This document shows, in pieces, positions 53,216 to 63,903 of a DNA stretch of 64,000 nt. A program made the position numbers and the translations under genes. The stretch comes from Clostridia bacterium. Lineage in GTDB: Bacteria; Bacillota; Clostridia; Oscillospirales; CAG-272. Numbering within the stretch: position 1 is the first letter of the stretch; each line of letters opens with the position of its first letter. The notes beneath the pieces were generated by a model that saw only the letters and a program-made list of their open reading frames with translations, was not told the origin of the DNA and made no database searches. The stretch lies in contig JAFTCN010000010.1 of assembly GCA_017454675.1 (NCBI GenBank), forward strand, positions 6,195-70,194, written 5' to 3'.

Positions 53216-53229
53216 CCCTCCGGGGGAAG

Positions 53230-54180
53230 TCAATCGCCGGTGGGGGCTTTTACGGAATCGAGTATGAATTCTATTATCTTAGAGTTGCTGTCGCCGACCT
53301 TCAGAGTGTTCTGCGAGTGCGCGATGATACGGTGCGCCAGCACGGGCACCGCCGCGCGTTTGACGTCGTCGGGTATCACGTAATCCCTTCCGTCGATCGC
53401 GGCGAGGGCGCGCGACGCGAACATCAGCGCGAGCGTACCTCTCGGGCTGACGCCGAGGGTGATCCTCGGGCTCTCCCTCGTTTCGGTGACGATGCGCACG
53501 ATATAGTCCTTCACAGCAGGAGAGACCGCGATCCCCTCCACCGTCCTCTTCGCCTCGGTTATGTCGGCGCAGGTGCATACGCTCTCAAGCGATCCGAGAG
53601 GCGAGACGGCAGCGTGTCCGTCGAGCATCTCAAGCTCGTATCTGCGTTCGGGATATCCGAGAGCCAGGCGCATGAGAAACCTGTCGGTCTGCGCCTCGGG
53701 CAGCGGGAAGGTACCCTGCAGTTCGACCGGGTTCTGCGTCGCGATGACGAAAAACGGGTCGTCGAGCCGGTATGTCTTTCCGTCGACGGTCACCTGACGC
53801 TCTCCCATGCATTCGAGCAGCGCCGACTGCGTGCGGGGCGTGGTGCGGTTGATCTCGTCGGCGATGAGCACGTTGGTGAACACCGGGCCCGGCCTGAATA
53901 CGAATTCCGACTCCTTCTGATCGTAAAAGCTGATCCCGGTTATGTCGGACGGGAGCAGGTCAGGGGTGAACTGTATCCTCGACGAACTTCCCGAAAGCGA
54001 CACGGCGAGCGCCCTCGCGAGCGACGTTTTCCCGGTGCCGGGAATGTCGTCGAGCAGGACGTGCCCGCCGGCGAGCAGCGCGGCAATTATGAGTTCGGTC
54101 TCTTTCTGTTTGCCGTAGATCACTCTGCCGATATTGTCGCGCACGGCGGAGGCCAGGGCAGAGACTTGGCTTACTGTCAT
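53230..54180 (-). CDS. MoxR-family AAA+ ATPase
   Basis: Walker A DDIPGTGKTSLARALA and Walker B LIADEINRTTPRTQSALLE. Typical 316-aa length. Confidence 0.92.
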   Translation of the reverse strand: MTVSQVSALASAVRDNIGRVIYGKQKETELIIAALLAGGHVLLDDIPGTGKTSLARALAVSLSGSSSRIQFTPDLLPSDITGISFYDQKESEFVFRPGPVFTNVLIADEINRTTPRTQSALLECMGERQVTVDGKTYRLDDPFFVIATQNPVELQGTFPLPEAQTDRFLMRLALGYPERRYELEMLDGHAAVSPLGSLESVCTCADITEAKRTVEGIAVSPAVKDYIVRIVTETRESPRITLGVSPRGTLALMFASRALAAIDGRDYVIPDDVKRAAVPVLAHRIIAHSQNTLKVGDSNSKIIEFILDSVKAPTGD

Positions 54181-54202
54181 TTTATATCTCCCGGTCAGGC
54201 TG

Positions 54203-55672
54203 TCAGTTGAAGCACTCGATCAGCTTATCCAGGTTTTTCTGCAGGACCTTCTTCTCCCCGTTGTACTGGACCTGATACGACGAATATGTCGCCGCGTTCA
54301 TCGCGTTGCGGAAGAGCTGGTATGTGCGCTTGTTGAGCGCGGTGGTGTAGAGCCGGCCGAGGTCGAACACGACGGTATCGCGGATGAGGTCGAACATCTG
54401 CGCGGTCTCGCTGTCGTTAGCGTACTTGACCTTCATCGACACCTCGAAGAGCTGAGGCGTGACGGTGCGGTAGCCCTCGGATGCCATCGCCTCGAGGAGC
54501 AGGGCGGCGTCGGACTTGCGTTCCGAGCCGGATGAGATGGCGTAGAGCGACACCGGGAAGGCGAGGCAGGTGGCATACGACTCCTGATCCTTTCCGTCCT
54601 TGGGCGTCACGGCGATGCCGAAATCGAGATCAGTGGAGACGAGCTTGGTCTTGGCGTATACCGAGCGGTGCATGGTGAAGAGCGCCTTGCCTACGGTGAA
54701 ATAGTCGGGCGAGCTGGATATCACCGTTGCCTGGCTCGTGAGGAAGCCGTTCGCGGCCTCGACGATCCGGTCGGCGGTCTCGCTGCCGAAAGACTCCGCG
54801 AGCACCGGAACTCCGTCGGCCCCCTTGGATACCGTGCGGAGCCCGGCTCCGTAGAAGAACGGATCGGTATGGACGTTCGACAGGAGCGACATCCCGTAGA
54901 CCGCGTTGTCTGCGCCGGGAGTCACCGAGTCTCCGACGGCCATCCCCATCTCATAGAACTTGTCGAAGGTCCACTCGTTGTTTGCGATGAGCGTGTAGGG
55001 GTTATCGAGCTTGTACTCCGAGATGATCTCCTTGTTGAAATACACGGTGTACATCATGTAGAGGAGGTTCGTCGAGATGTCGCCCGAGGCGAAGAAGAGC
55101 TTGCCGTTTATGGTCGTCTCGTTCACGAGGTCGTCGGGCCACCAGGGCTTCTCAAAGTCGATGACAGACTCCTCGAGCAGGTTCGAGCACAGCCCGAGCG
55201 TGCTGATGTTCGCAATCGTCATCGAGTAGGCCGCGCATATGTCGAGCGGCTCGCCCGTCTTGTAGGCGTTCTGAACGTAATTTGTATAGTTCGTGACGTT
55301 ATTGACGTTCCCGGGGGTGCTGGAATAGGCTATCTCCACTCCCAGCCTGTCCTGTACGCGCGAGTCGCGTGCAAAGAGCGCCTCGTCGACAAGATCCCCG
55401 TTGCTCTCGAGGATCTCGAACTCCGGGTTTTCGACGTCGGACCAGTAGAGGAGCGAGATCTCCCCTCCGAGTTCGTATTTTTCGTCCAGGCTGTCCTTGA
55501 GGTACCCTTCTTCGTCGTATCTGCCGTCGGCAGTCGATTCGGGGGTCTCCGCCGTAGTGTCGGCGACCGGGAGCGTGTCCTCCGGTTTCTTCTCCTCCGC
55601 GCACGAGGCGGCGGCGAGGAGCAGCATGAGAGAGGCCAGGATCAGCGAGATGATCTTTGCGGTTTTTTTCAT
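54203..55672 (-). CDS. orphan solute-binding-protein-like lipoprotein (paralog of 37164..38630)
   Basis: Signal and lipobox LLLAAASCAEE. It shares the EKPWW and NEWTFDK motifs with the other lipoprotein. ATG at 55672. No ABC permease or ATPase is adjacent. Confidence 0.75.
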   Translation of the reverse strand: MKKTAKIISLILASLMLLLAAASCAEEKKPEDTLPVADTTAETPESTADGRYDEEGYLKDSLDEKYELGGEISLLYWSDVENPEFEILESNGDLVDEALFARDSRVQDRLGVEIAYSSTPGNVNNVTNYTNYVQNAYKTGEPLDICAAYSMTIANISTLGLCSNLLEESVIDFEKPWWPDDLVNETTINGKLFFASGDISTNLLYMMYTVYFNKEIISEYKLDNPYTLIANNEWTFDKFYEMGMAVGDSVTPGADNAVYGMSLLSNVHTDPFFYGAGLRTVSKGADGVPVLAESFGSETADRIVEAANGFLTSQATVISSSPDYFTVGKALFTMHRSVYAKTKLVSTDLDFGIAVTPKDGKDQESYATCLAFPVSLYAISSGSERKSDAALLLEAMASEGYRTVTPQLFEVSMKVKYANDSETAQMFDLIRDTVVFDLGRLYTTALNKRTYQLFRNAMNAATYSSYQVQYNGEKKVLQKNLDKLIECFN

Positions 55673-55817
55673 TTTTTTGTTTTCCTTTCGGAAATGAATT
55701 CCCGGTATGAGATTATCCGTGAACCGGAGACCGGGCAGTTCACGAAGCCCGCATATGCGGCCGGCGGTCAGCGCGGCAGAGCCGGTGACCAGGCAGGCAT
55801 ATGATACCCGCATATTA

Positions 55818-55846
55818 ATTATAGCATATTATTTTCAATTAAGCAA
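55818..55846 (-). promoter_or_regulatory. candidate promoter (TTGCTT-N17-TATAAT, TG-extended) for the lipoprotein-moxR operon
   Basis: On the minus strand: TTGCTT (55846-55841), a 17-nt spacer ending in TGC, then TATAAT (55823-55818). Confidence 0.45.
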
Positions 55847-55876
55847 TATTCAGCGCGCCGGGCGCGGAAAAAAATA

Positions 55877-55924
55877 CGAAAAACGTCCGCCGCGCCGTCC
55901 CGGAAAGGGCCCCGCGGCGGACGT
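55877..55924 (-). terminator. intrinsic terminator after the MarR/OhrR gene
   Basis: On the minus strand, ACGTCCGCCGCG..CGCGGCGGACGT forms a 12-bp perfect stem followed by TTTTT. Confidence 0.7.
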
Positions 55925-55931
55925 TCCGCCA

Positions 55932-56414
55932 TTATTCGGCCGGCAGTTCTGCTCTCTCCCCGGAGCCTCTGCCGTTCAGGATCTTATACAGGAGACGGTA
56001 GAGCTCCGCAGCCTCGGCGGGCTCGAGCGGCATGCAGCCGGCTATCTTTTCCGGGATACGGACCGCACGCTCCCTGAGGGCGGAACCGGCGTCGGTGATG
56101 ACGAGGCGGAGATATCTCTCGTCCTCCCCGTCGCGGGAGCGGCTCAGCAGTCCGCGTTTCTCCAGGGTCTTGAGCAGCGGCGTGAGTGTCCCCGAATCGA
56201 GGAGCAGACGCTCTCCCAGCCGCTTCGCGCTGACGCTCTTCTCCTCCCACAGCACCATCATGACGATATACTGGGTGTATGTCAGCCCCAGTTCAGAGAG
56301 GTACGGAGTGTATTTTTTCACCGTCTCCCTCGCCGCCGCGTAGAGCGGAAAGCAGAGCTGACTGCCGAGTTTCAGTGCGTCGTAGCTCTTTCCCTTTCCG
56401 TCCGGTTCAGACAT
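55932..56414 (-). CDS. MarR-family transcriptional regulator, OhrR-like
   Basis: The N-terminal LGSQLCFPLYAAAR contains an OhrR-type reactive Cys context. The winged HTH is SAKRLGERLLLDSGTLTPLLKTLEKRGLLSR. Confidence 0.85.
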   Translation of the reverse strand: MSEPDGKGKSYDALKLGSQLCFPLYAAARETVKKYTPYLSELGLTYTQYIVMMVLWEEKSVSAKRLGERLLLDSGTLTPLLKTLEKRGLLSRSRDGEDERYLRLVITDAGSALRERAVRIPEKIAGCMPLEPAEAAELYRLLYKILNGRGSGERAELPAE

Positions 56415-56685
56415 CCTTCGCTTCCCCGCCGCGGGTCTCTTCGTATGCCGCCCTGACGGCCTTCGCGAGCTGGTCCCCGCATGACGTCCCCTTGTACCCG
56501 CATTCGATCCCCGACAGTTTCTTTTCGATCTGATCGACCGTCATGCCGTCGACGAGCGTCGACACCGCCTTGAGGTTTCCGTTGCAGCCGCCGTCGAAGG
56601 ATATGTCGGACACGATGTCCCCGTTGATGTCGAAAGATATCGACCGGGAGCACGTCCCGTGAGTTTTGTAGGTGTATCTCATCAC
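56407..56685 (-). CDS. TSCPD-domain small protein (TIGR03905-like, 4-Cys)
   Basis: 92 aa: HGTCSRSISFDINGDIV.DISFDGGCNGNLKAV..GIECGYKGTSCGDQLA. It overlaps both neighbouring genes, consistent with translational coupling. Confidence 0.75.
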   Translation of the reverse strand: MMRYTYKTHGTCSRSISFDINGDIVSDISFDGGCNGNLKAVSTLVDGMTVDQIEKKLSGIECGYKGTSCGDQLAKAVRAAYEETRGGEAKDV

Positions 56686-57221
56686 AAAATTTCCTTAATC
56701 TTTTCCTTAACTTTCTTCATATTCACAGTGGGTTCGAATCGGGCAGCGATATTGCCATCGCGATCGATGAGGAACTTGGTGAAGTTCCACTTGACGTTGC
56801 CGTTGTTCTTATAATCCCTGTCCATCTTCTTTGCCACGCCGTTCATGACTATGCCCATCGGTCCGCCGAATCCTTCAAACTTCGTATTCTCCGAAAGCCA
56901 CCGGAAGAGCGGATCGGCGCCTTCTCCCAGGACGTCGATCTTGGCGAACTGCGGGAAGGTGATCCCGAATCTTCCCTTGCAGAAAGTGTGGATCTCCTCG
57001 TCGGTGCCTGGGGCCTGTTCGGCGAACTGGTTGCAGGGAAAGTCGAGTATCTCGAACCCGCTCCCGGCGCATTCGTCGTAGATCTGCTGCAGATCCTCGT
57101 ACTGCGGGGTGAATCCGCATCCGGTCGCGGTGTTGACTATGAGCAGGACTTTGCCTCTGTAATCGGCGAGGGATACCTGCCCGCCGTCTCTTGTCTTTAC
57201 CGAGAAATCGTAAACGTTCAT
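56682..57221 (-). CDS. glutathione peroxidase (Cys type)
   Basis: LLIVNTATGCGFTPQY..LDFPCNQFAEQAP..WNFTKFLIDRDG. The active-site residue is encoded by TGC (Cys), not TGA. ATG at 57221. Confidence 0.92.
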   Translation of the reverse strand: MNVYDFSVKTRDGGQVSLADYRGKVLLIVNTATGCGFTPQYEDLQQIYDECAGSGFEILDFPCNQFAEQAPGTDEEIHTFCKGRFGITFPQFAKIDVLGEGADPLFRWLSENTKFEGFGGPMGIVMNGVAKKMDRDYKNNGNVKWNFTKFLIDRDGNIAARFEPTVNMKKVKEKIKEIL

Positions 57222-57273
57222 TTTTTCTTCTCCTACTGTTTTCGAGTGATGTGATCTGACCAATTAGATTTGA

Positions 57274-57311
57274 TACAATTTAATTATATCACATCGAACC
57301 GGAGATGTCAA
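57274..57311 (-). promoter_or_regulatory. sigma-70-type promoter (TTGACA-N17-TATAAT) overlapped by an OhrR-type operator
   Basis: On the minus strand: TTGACA (57311-57306), a 17-nt spacer, then TATAAT (57288-57283). The inverted repeat TACAATT-T-AATTATA at 57274-57288 overlaps the -10 element. Confidence 0.6.
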
Positions 57312-57458
57312 GTACTTTTTCGTTTCGCGGCTTTTTTTCCGGACCGTTCCGTTTCGGCGTCCGGCAGCGGATCCGCCCGCGGTATGAGAGTCGGACCTCC
57401 CGTACCGGGATCGCCGCCGTGCCTGCGGCATGCCCTTCCGTCATCCGGAGACTCACGT

Positions 57459-58325
57459 TCAGGCCCCCGCCGCGTGTCTTCCTCCCGCCCCGCGAACGGC
57501 GGCGACTGCGGAAAAGGCTGCGAACGCGACTATATCGGCGGCGACGATCGTCGACCCTACCGGGGTCCCGGCGAGGATCGACACGATAAGGCCCGATGCA
57601 GAGCAGACAACCGAGAGCACCGCCGAACATACCGTGACCGAGCGGAAGCTTTTGAACACCCGCATCGCCGAGAGCGCCGGGAAGATCACCAGCGCCGAGA
57701 TGAGCAGCGAGCCCACGAGGTTCATAGCGAGCACGATGATCACCGCCGTCGTGACGGCTATGATCAGGTTGTAAAGTCCTGTCTTCGCTCCGACGGCCTT
57801 CGCGAACGACTCGTCGAAGGTGACGCTGAAGATCCGGTTGTAGAATACGACGAACATCGCGACCGAGAGCACCGACAGCACGACGCAGGTCACGACCTCG
57901 CCCTTCGTCAGCGTGAGGATGGACGTCGAACCGAAGAGAGTGGAACACACGTCTCCGGCGATATTCGGAGAATACGAGAATATATTCATGAGGAGGTAGC
58001 CGATCGCCAGGGCACCGACCGAGATCATCGCGACGGCGGCGTCGCCTCGGATCTTCGCCCCCGAGCCCGTGCGCAGCAGCAGCACCGCGCAGATCACGGT
58101 GACGGGCAGCACAAGCGCCATTTCGTTCGTAAGTCCGACGACTCCGGCCACGGCCATGGCTCCGAAGGCCACGTGCGAGAGGCCGTCGCCGATGTACGAG
58201 AAGCGCTTGAGGACGAGAGGCACGCCGAGGAGCGACGAGCAGAGCGAGATAAGCACCCCTACGATCAGCGCGAACCTGACGAACGGGAAGGCTAAATATT
58301 CGGACAGTTTTGCGAATATATTCAT
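57459..58325 (-). CDS. metal (Zn/Mn-type) ABC transporter permease
   Basis: 288 aa, ZnuB/MntB-like: FVRFALIVGVLISLCSSLLGVPLVLKRFSYIGDGLSHVAFGAMA. Confidence 0.9.
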   Translation of the reverse strand: MNIFAKLSEYLAFPFVRFALIVGVLISLCSSLLGVPLVLKRFSYIGDGLSHVAFGAMAVAGVVGLTNEMALVLPVTVICAVLLLRTGSGAKIRGDAAVAMISVGALAIGYLLMNIFSYSPNIAGDVCSTLFGSTSILTLTKGEVVTCVVLSVLSVAMFVVFYNRIFSVTFDESFAKAVGAKTGLYNLIIAVTTAVIIVLAMNLVGSLLISALVIFPALSAMRVFKSFRSVTVCSAVLSVVCSASGLIVSILAGTPVGSTIVAADIVAFAAFSAVAAVRGAGGRHAAGA

Positions 58326-59068
58326 TTCGTCTCTCTCCCTTCCCCGTTCTCCGTACTCTCACCGTCTCCTCCGCAGTCACGCGGCGCGAACTCCGCGCAG
58401 ACGTCGCTCTCCAGATACTCGTCGCGTGTCCCGAAGAACACGTCGCCGCCGATATGCAGGATGTGCGTCGCGAGGGCGAGTGCCGCGGCGATGTCGTGAG
58501 ATATCATGATCACAGCGATACCCTCACTGTGGAGGCGCCCGATCAGACTGTACATGCTTTCAGTGACCCGGGGGTCGAGTCCCGCGGCGGGTTCGTCGAG
58601 CAGCAGCATCTTCTCTGTCGCGCAGAGTGCTCTCGCAAGCAGCACGCGCTGCTGCTGTCCGCCCGAAAGCTCCCTGTAGCAGTGCCCCGCGAGTGAGGTG
58701 ATGCCGAGTTTTTCCATGTTTTCAGCCGCGAGCGCCTTGTCCTCCTTCGAGTAGAAAAAGCCGAAACGCTCCCGGCACTGACAGCCCGAGAGCACTATCT
58801 CGGATACGGTCGCGGGGAAATCCCGCTGCACAGCCGTCTGCTGAGGCAGATATCCGATCTCGTTCTTCCGAAGTCCGTCACCGAATATGATTCTCCCCGA
58901 AAGAGGCTCCCGGAGTCCGAGCAGCGTCTTCATGAGAGTCGTTTTCCCCGACCCGTTCTCGCCCACGACGCACAGGCAGTCACCGGCCGAAACGCTGAAG
59001 TTCAGTCCGTGCACTATCTCCCTGCCGTCGTATCCGAGGCACAGGTCCTCACATTTTATCAAAGCCAT
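58322..59068 (-). CDS. metal ABC transporter ATP-binding protein
   Basis: Walker A GENGSGKTTL, signature LSGGQQQRVLLARAL, Walker B LLLDEPAAGLD. ATG at 59068. Confidence 0.9.
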   Translation of the reverse strand: MALIKCEDLCLGYDGREIVHGLNFSVSAGDCLCVVGENGSGKTTLMKTLLGLREPLSGRIIFGDGLRKNEIGYLPQQTAVQRDFPATVSEIVLSGCQCRERFGFFYSKEDKALAAENMEKLGITSLAGHCYRELSGGQQQRVLLARALCATEKMLLLDEPAAGLDPRVTESMYSLIGRLHSEGIAVIMISHDIAAALALATHILHIGGDVFFGTRDEYLESDVCAEFAPRDCGGDGESTENGEGRETK

Positions 59069-59136
59069 ACGCAATACTCCGTAACAGATAGGTACCGGCG
59101 CGCGCCGCGCCGCGTCCAAAGATCAAAAAACAAATG

Positions 59137-59613
59137 TCAGGTCTGTCTGTTCAGGTTCCCGTTCCTGCTTTTGCACTTCGCGCAGATGCCGCTGATCACT
59201 GTGTCGGTGCGGTCTAGTGTGAATCCCCCGTTCTCGGATATATATTCAGCGAGTTTCGCACTCGTTTCGCTGCCGAGGTGGAATATCCTTCCGCAGCTCC
59301 TGCAGGACAGATGTATGCATCCGCGGCAGGATGGGGAGCCCTTGAAGCGGTAGAAGACCTCTCTTCTGCCGGGGATGCTCACGCGCTTCACGAGTCCAGC
59401 GGCCTCGAGTGCCGGGAGATTCCGGTATACCGAGCTCCGGCTGATGCCGGCGGCGCTGCCTTCCCCGCTTTCCGCCTTTTCTCCTTCGCCTGTTCGCTTT
59501 TCGTCCTCTTCAGCCAGTCCTTCGGCGATCTGCTCCACCGTGAAGAGCTCGTCGGGATGAGTCGACAGGAATCTTATCAGAGCCTTTCTCTGTTTTGTAC
59601 TGTACTCAGCCAT
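59137..59613 (-). CDS. zur: Fur-family metalloregulator (Zur-like) with an acidic insertion
   Basis: STKQRKALIRFL..SVYRNLPALEAAGLV..CxxC motifs (CRSCG, CAKCK). It heads a metal ABC operon. The symbol is inferred from context. Confidence 0.8.
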   Translation of the reverse strand: MAEYSTKQRKALIRFLSTHPDELFTVEQIAEGLAEEDEKRTGEGEKAESGEGSAAGISRSSVYRNLPALEAAGLVKRVSIPGRREVFYRFKGSPSCRGCIHLSCRSCGRIFHLGSETSAKLAEYISENGGFTLDRTDTVISGICAKCKSRNGNLNRQT

Positions 59614-59629
59614 TTTTCTCACCTGAATT

Positions 59630-59677
59630 TGAGATTCATTCTCATTTTATTATACACCATGGCGGACCTGATGTCAA
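59630..59677 (-). promoter_or_regulatory. sigma-70-type promoter (TTGACA-N17-TATAAT) followed by a Fur-family 7-1-7 box
   Basis: On the minus strand: TTGACA (59677-59672), a 17-nt spacer, then TATAAT (59654-59649). TGAGAAT-G-AATCTCA follows at 59644-59630, between the -10 element and the RBS. Confidence 0.55.
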
Positions 59678-59713
59678 CAGTTTTTCGCGAGTGCCCCGGA
59701 GTCAAATCATTTC

Positions 59714-59742
59714 TTGATTTTTGGACCCCCGGGTGGTATAAT
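59714..59742 (+). promoter_or_regulatory. candidate promoter (TTGATT-N17-TATAAT, TG-extended) for ligA
   Basis: TTGATT at 59714-59719, a spacer ending in TGG, then TATAAT at 59737-59742. Confidence 0.5.
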
Positions 59743-59772
59743 ATAATTTAGCATCATATTATTATCACTTGA

Positions 59773-62740
<2,968 letters not shown>

Positions 62741-62746
62741 GAAAAC

Positions 62747-63838
62747 ATGAGCAGAGACTGTAATAAAAAGAAAAGATGCTGCGTCATAGGCGCGACCGGG
62801 ATGGTCGGACAGAGACTTCTGACGCTGCTCGAAGGACACCCCTACTTTGAAGTGACGGCTCTCGCCGCTTCGTCGAGATCGGCCGGAAAGAAATACGGCG
62901 AACTGATGGAAGGCCGCTGGAAGCTGGCCGTCCCCATGCCGGAATACGTCCGCGGGATCACCGTCTGCGACGCCGCATATCCCGAAAAGATCGCGGAGGC
63001 GGCAGACTTCGTCTTCTGCGCCGTCAATATGGGCAAGGAGGACATCCTGCGCATGGAGGAGGCGTTCGCGAAGTGCGAGCTGCCCGTCGTGTCGAACAAC
63101 TCGGCGAACAGATGGACTCCCGACGTCCCCATGCTCATCCCCGAGATAAACCCCGACCACCTGCAGGTGATTGCGCACCAGAAGGCGCGACTCGGCACGA
63201 CGCGCGGATTTGTCGCCGTCAAGCCCAACTGCTCGATCCAGTCGTACGTTCCGATGCTCACTCCCCTGCTAGATCTCGGGGTCACCGAGGTCGTCGCGAC
63301 GACATACCAGGCCATCTCCGGCGCCGGCAAGACCTTCCGTGACTGGCCCGAGATGGAGGACAACATCATCCCGTATATCGGAGGCGAGGAGGAAAAGAGC
63401 GAGCAGGAGCCGCTGAAGGTCTGGGGGCACGTCGAGGACGGAGTGATCGTCAAAGCCGATTCGCCGCTCATCACCACCCAGTGCATAAGGGTCCCCGTGA
63501 CCGACGGCCACACCGCCGCCGTCTTCATCCGCCTTCGCGACAAGGTCCCGGCAGAGGAGATCATCCGCCGCTGGAGAGCATACCGCGGACTCCCGCAGGA
63601 GCTCGGACTGCCGCATGCGCCCGAACACTTCATCACCTATTTCGAGGAAAACGACAGGCCGTCGTGCCACACCGACCGAGAACTCTACGGCGGAATGGGC
63701 ATATCGGCCGGCAGACTGCGCCCCGACACGCTCTTCGACTACAAGTTCGTCGGTCTCTCGCACAATACGCTCAGAGGCGCAGCGGGCGGATCGCTCCTCA
63801 CAGCCGAGCTGCTCTACCGCCTCGGATACCTCGACTGA
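62747..63838 (+). CDS. asd: aspartate-semialdehyde dehydrogenase
   Basis: VIGATGMVGQRLL. The active-site Cys sits in KPNCSIQSY. Also QAISGAG and SHNTLRGAAG. Confidence 0.92.
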   Translation: MSRDCNKKKRCCVIGATGMVGQRLLTLLEGHPYFEVTALAASSRSAGKKYGELMEGRWKLAVPMPEYVRGITVCDAAYPEKIAEAADFVFCAVNMGKEDILRMEEAFAKCELPVVSNNSANRWTPDVPMLIPEINPDHLQVIAHQKARLGTTRGFVAVKPNCSIQSYVPMLTPLLDLGVTEVVATTYQAISGAGKTFRDWPEMEDNIIPYIGGEEEKSEQEPLKVWGHVEDGVIVKADSPLITTQCIRVPVTDGHTAAVFIRLRDKVPAEEIIRRWRAYRGLPQELGLPHAPEHFITYFEENDRPSCHTDRELYGGMGISAGRLRPDTLFDYKFVGLSHNTLRGAAGGSLLTAELLYRLGYLD

Positions 63839-63903
63839 CATACATACCGTCAGGCCGGACCGAAGCATAATCATTCATACGACATCAGAAAGGCAGGATA
63901 CCG

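Noticed and set aside
53036-53383. Several 64-109-aa ORFs on both strands across the moxR-DUF58 spacer.
   Set aside because: They are translations of the low-complexity pyrimidine/purine tract. They have no RBS and overlap flanking genes.
56682-57221. A check for a selenocysteine (TGA) codon in the glutathione peroxidase gene.
   Set aside because: The active-site residue is encoded by TGC (Cys), and the ORF is uninterrupted.
57270-58380. 341-aa (plus) and 363-aa (minus) Arg/Asp/His-rich ORFs over the metal ABC permease locus.
   Set aside because: They are alternate or antisense frames of the ZnuB-like permease at 57459..58325. That permease has a coherent hydrophobic profile, whereas these are charged and low in complexity.
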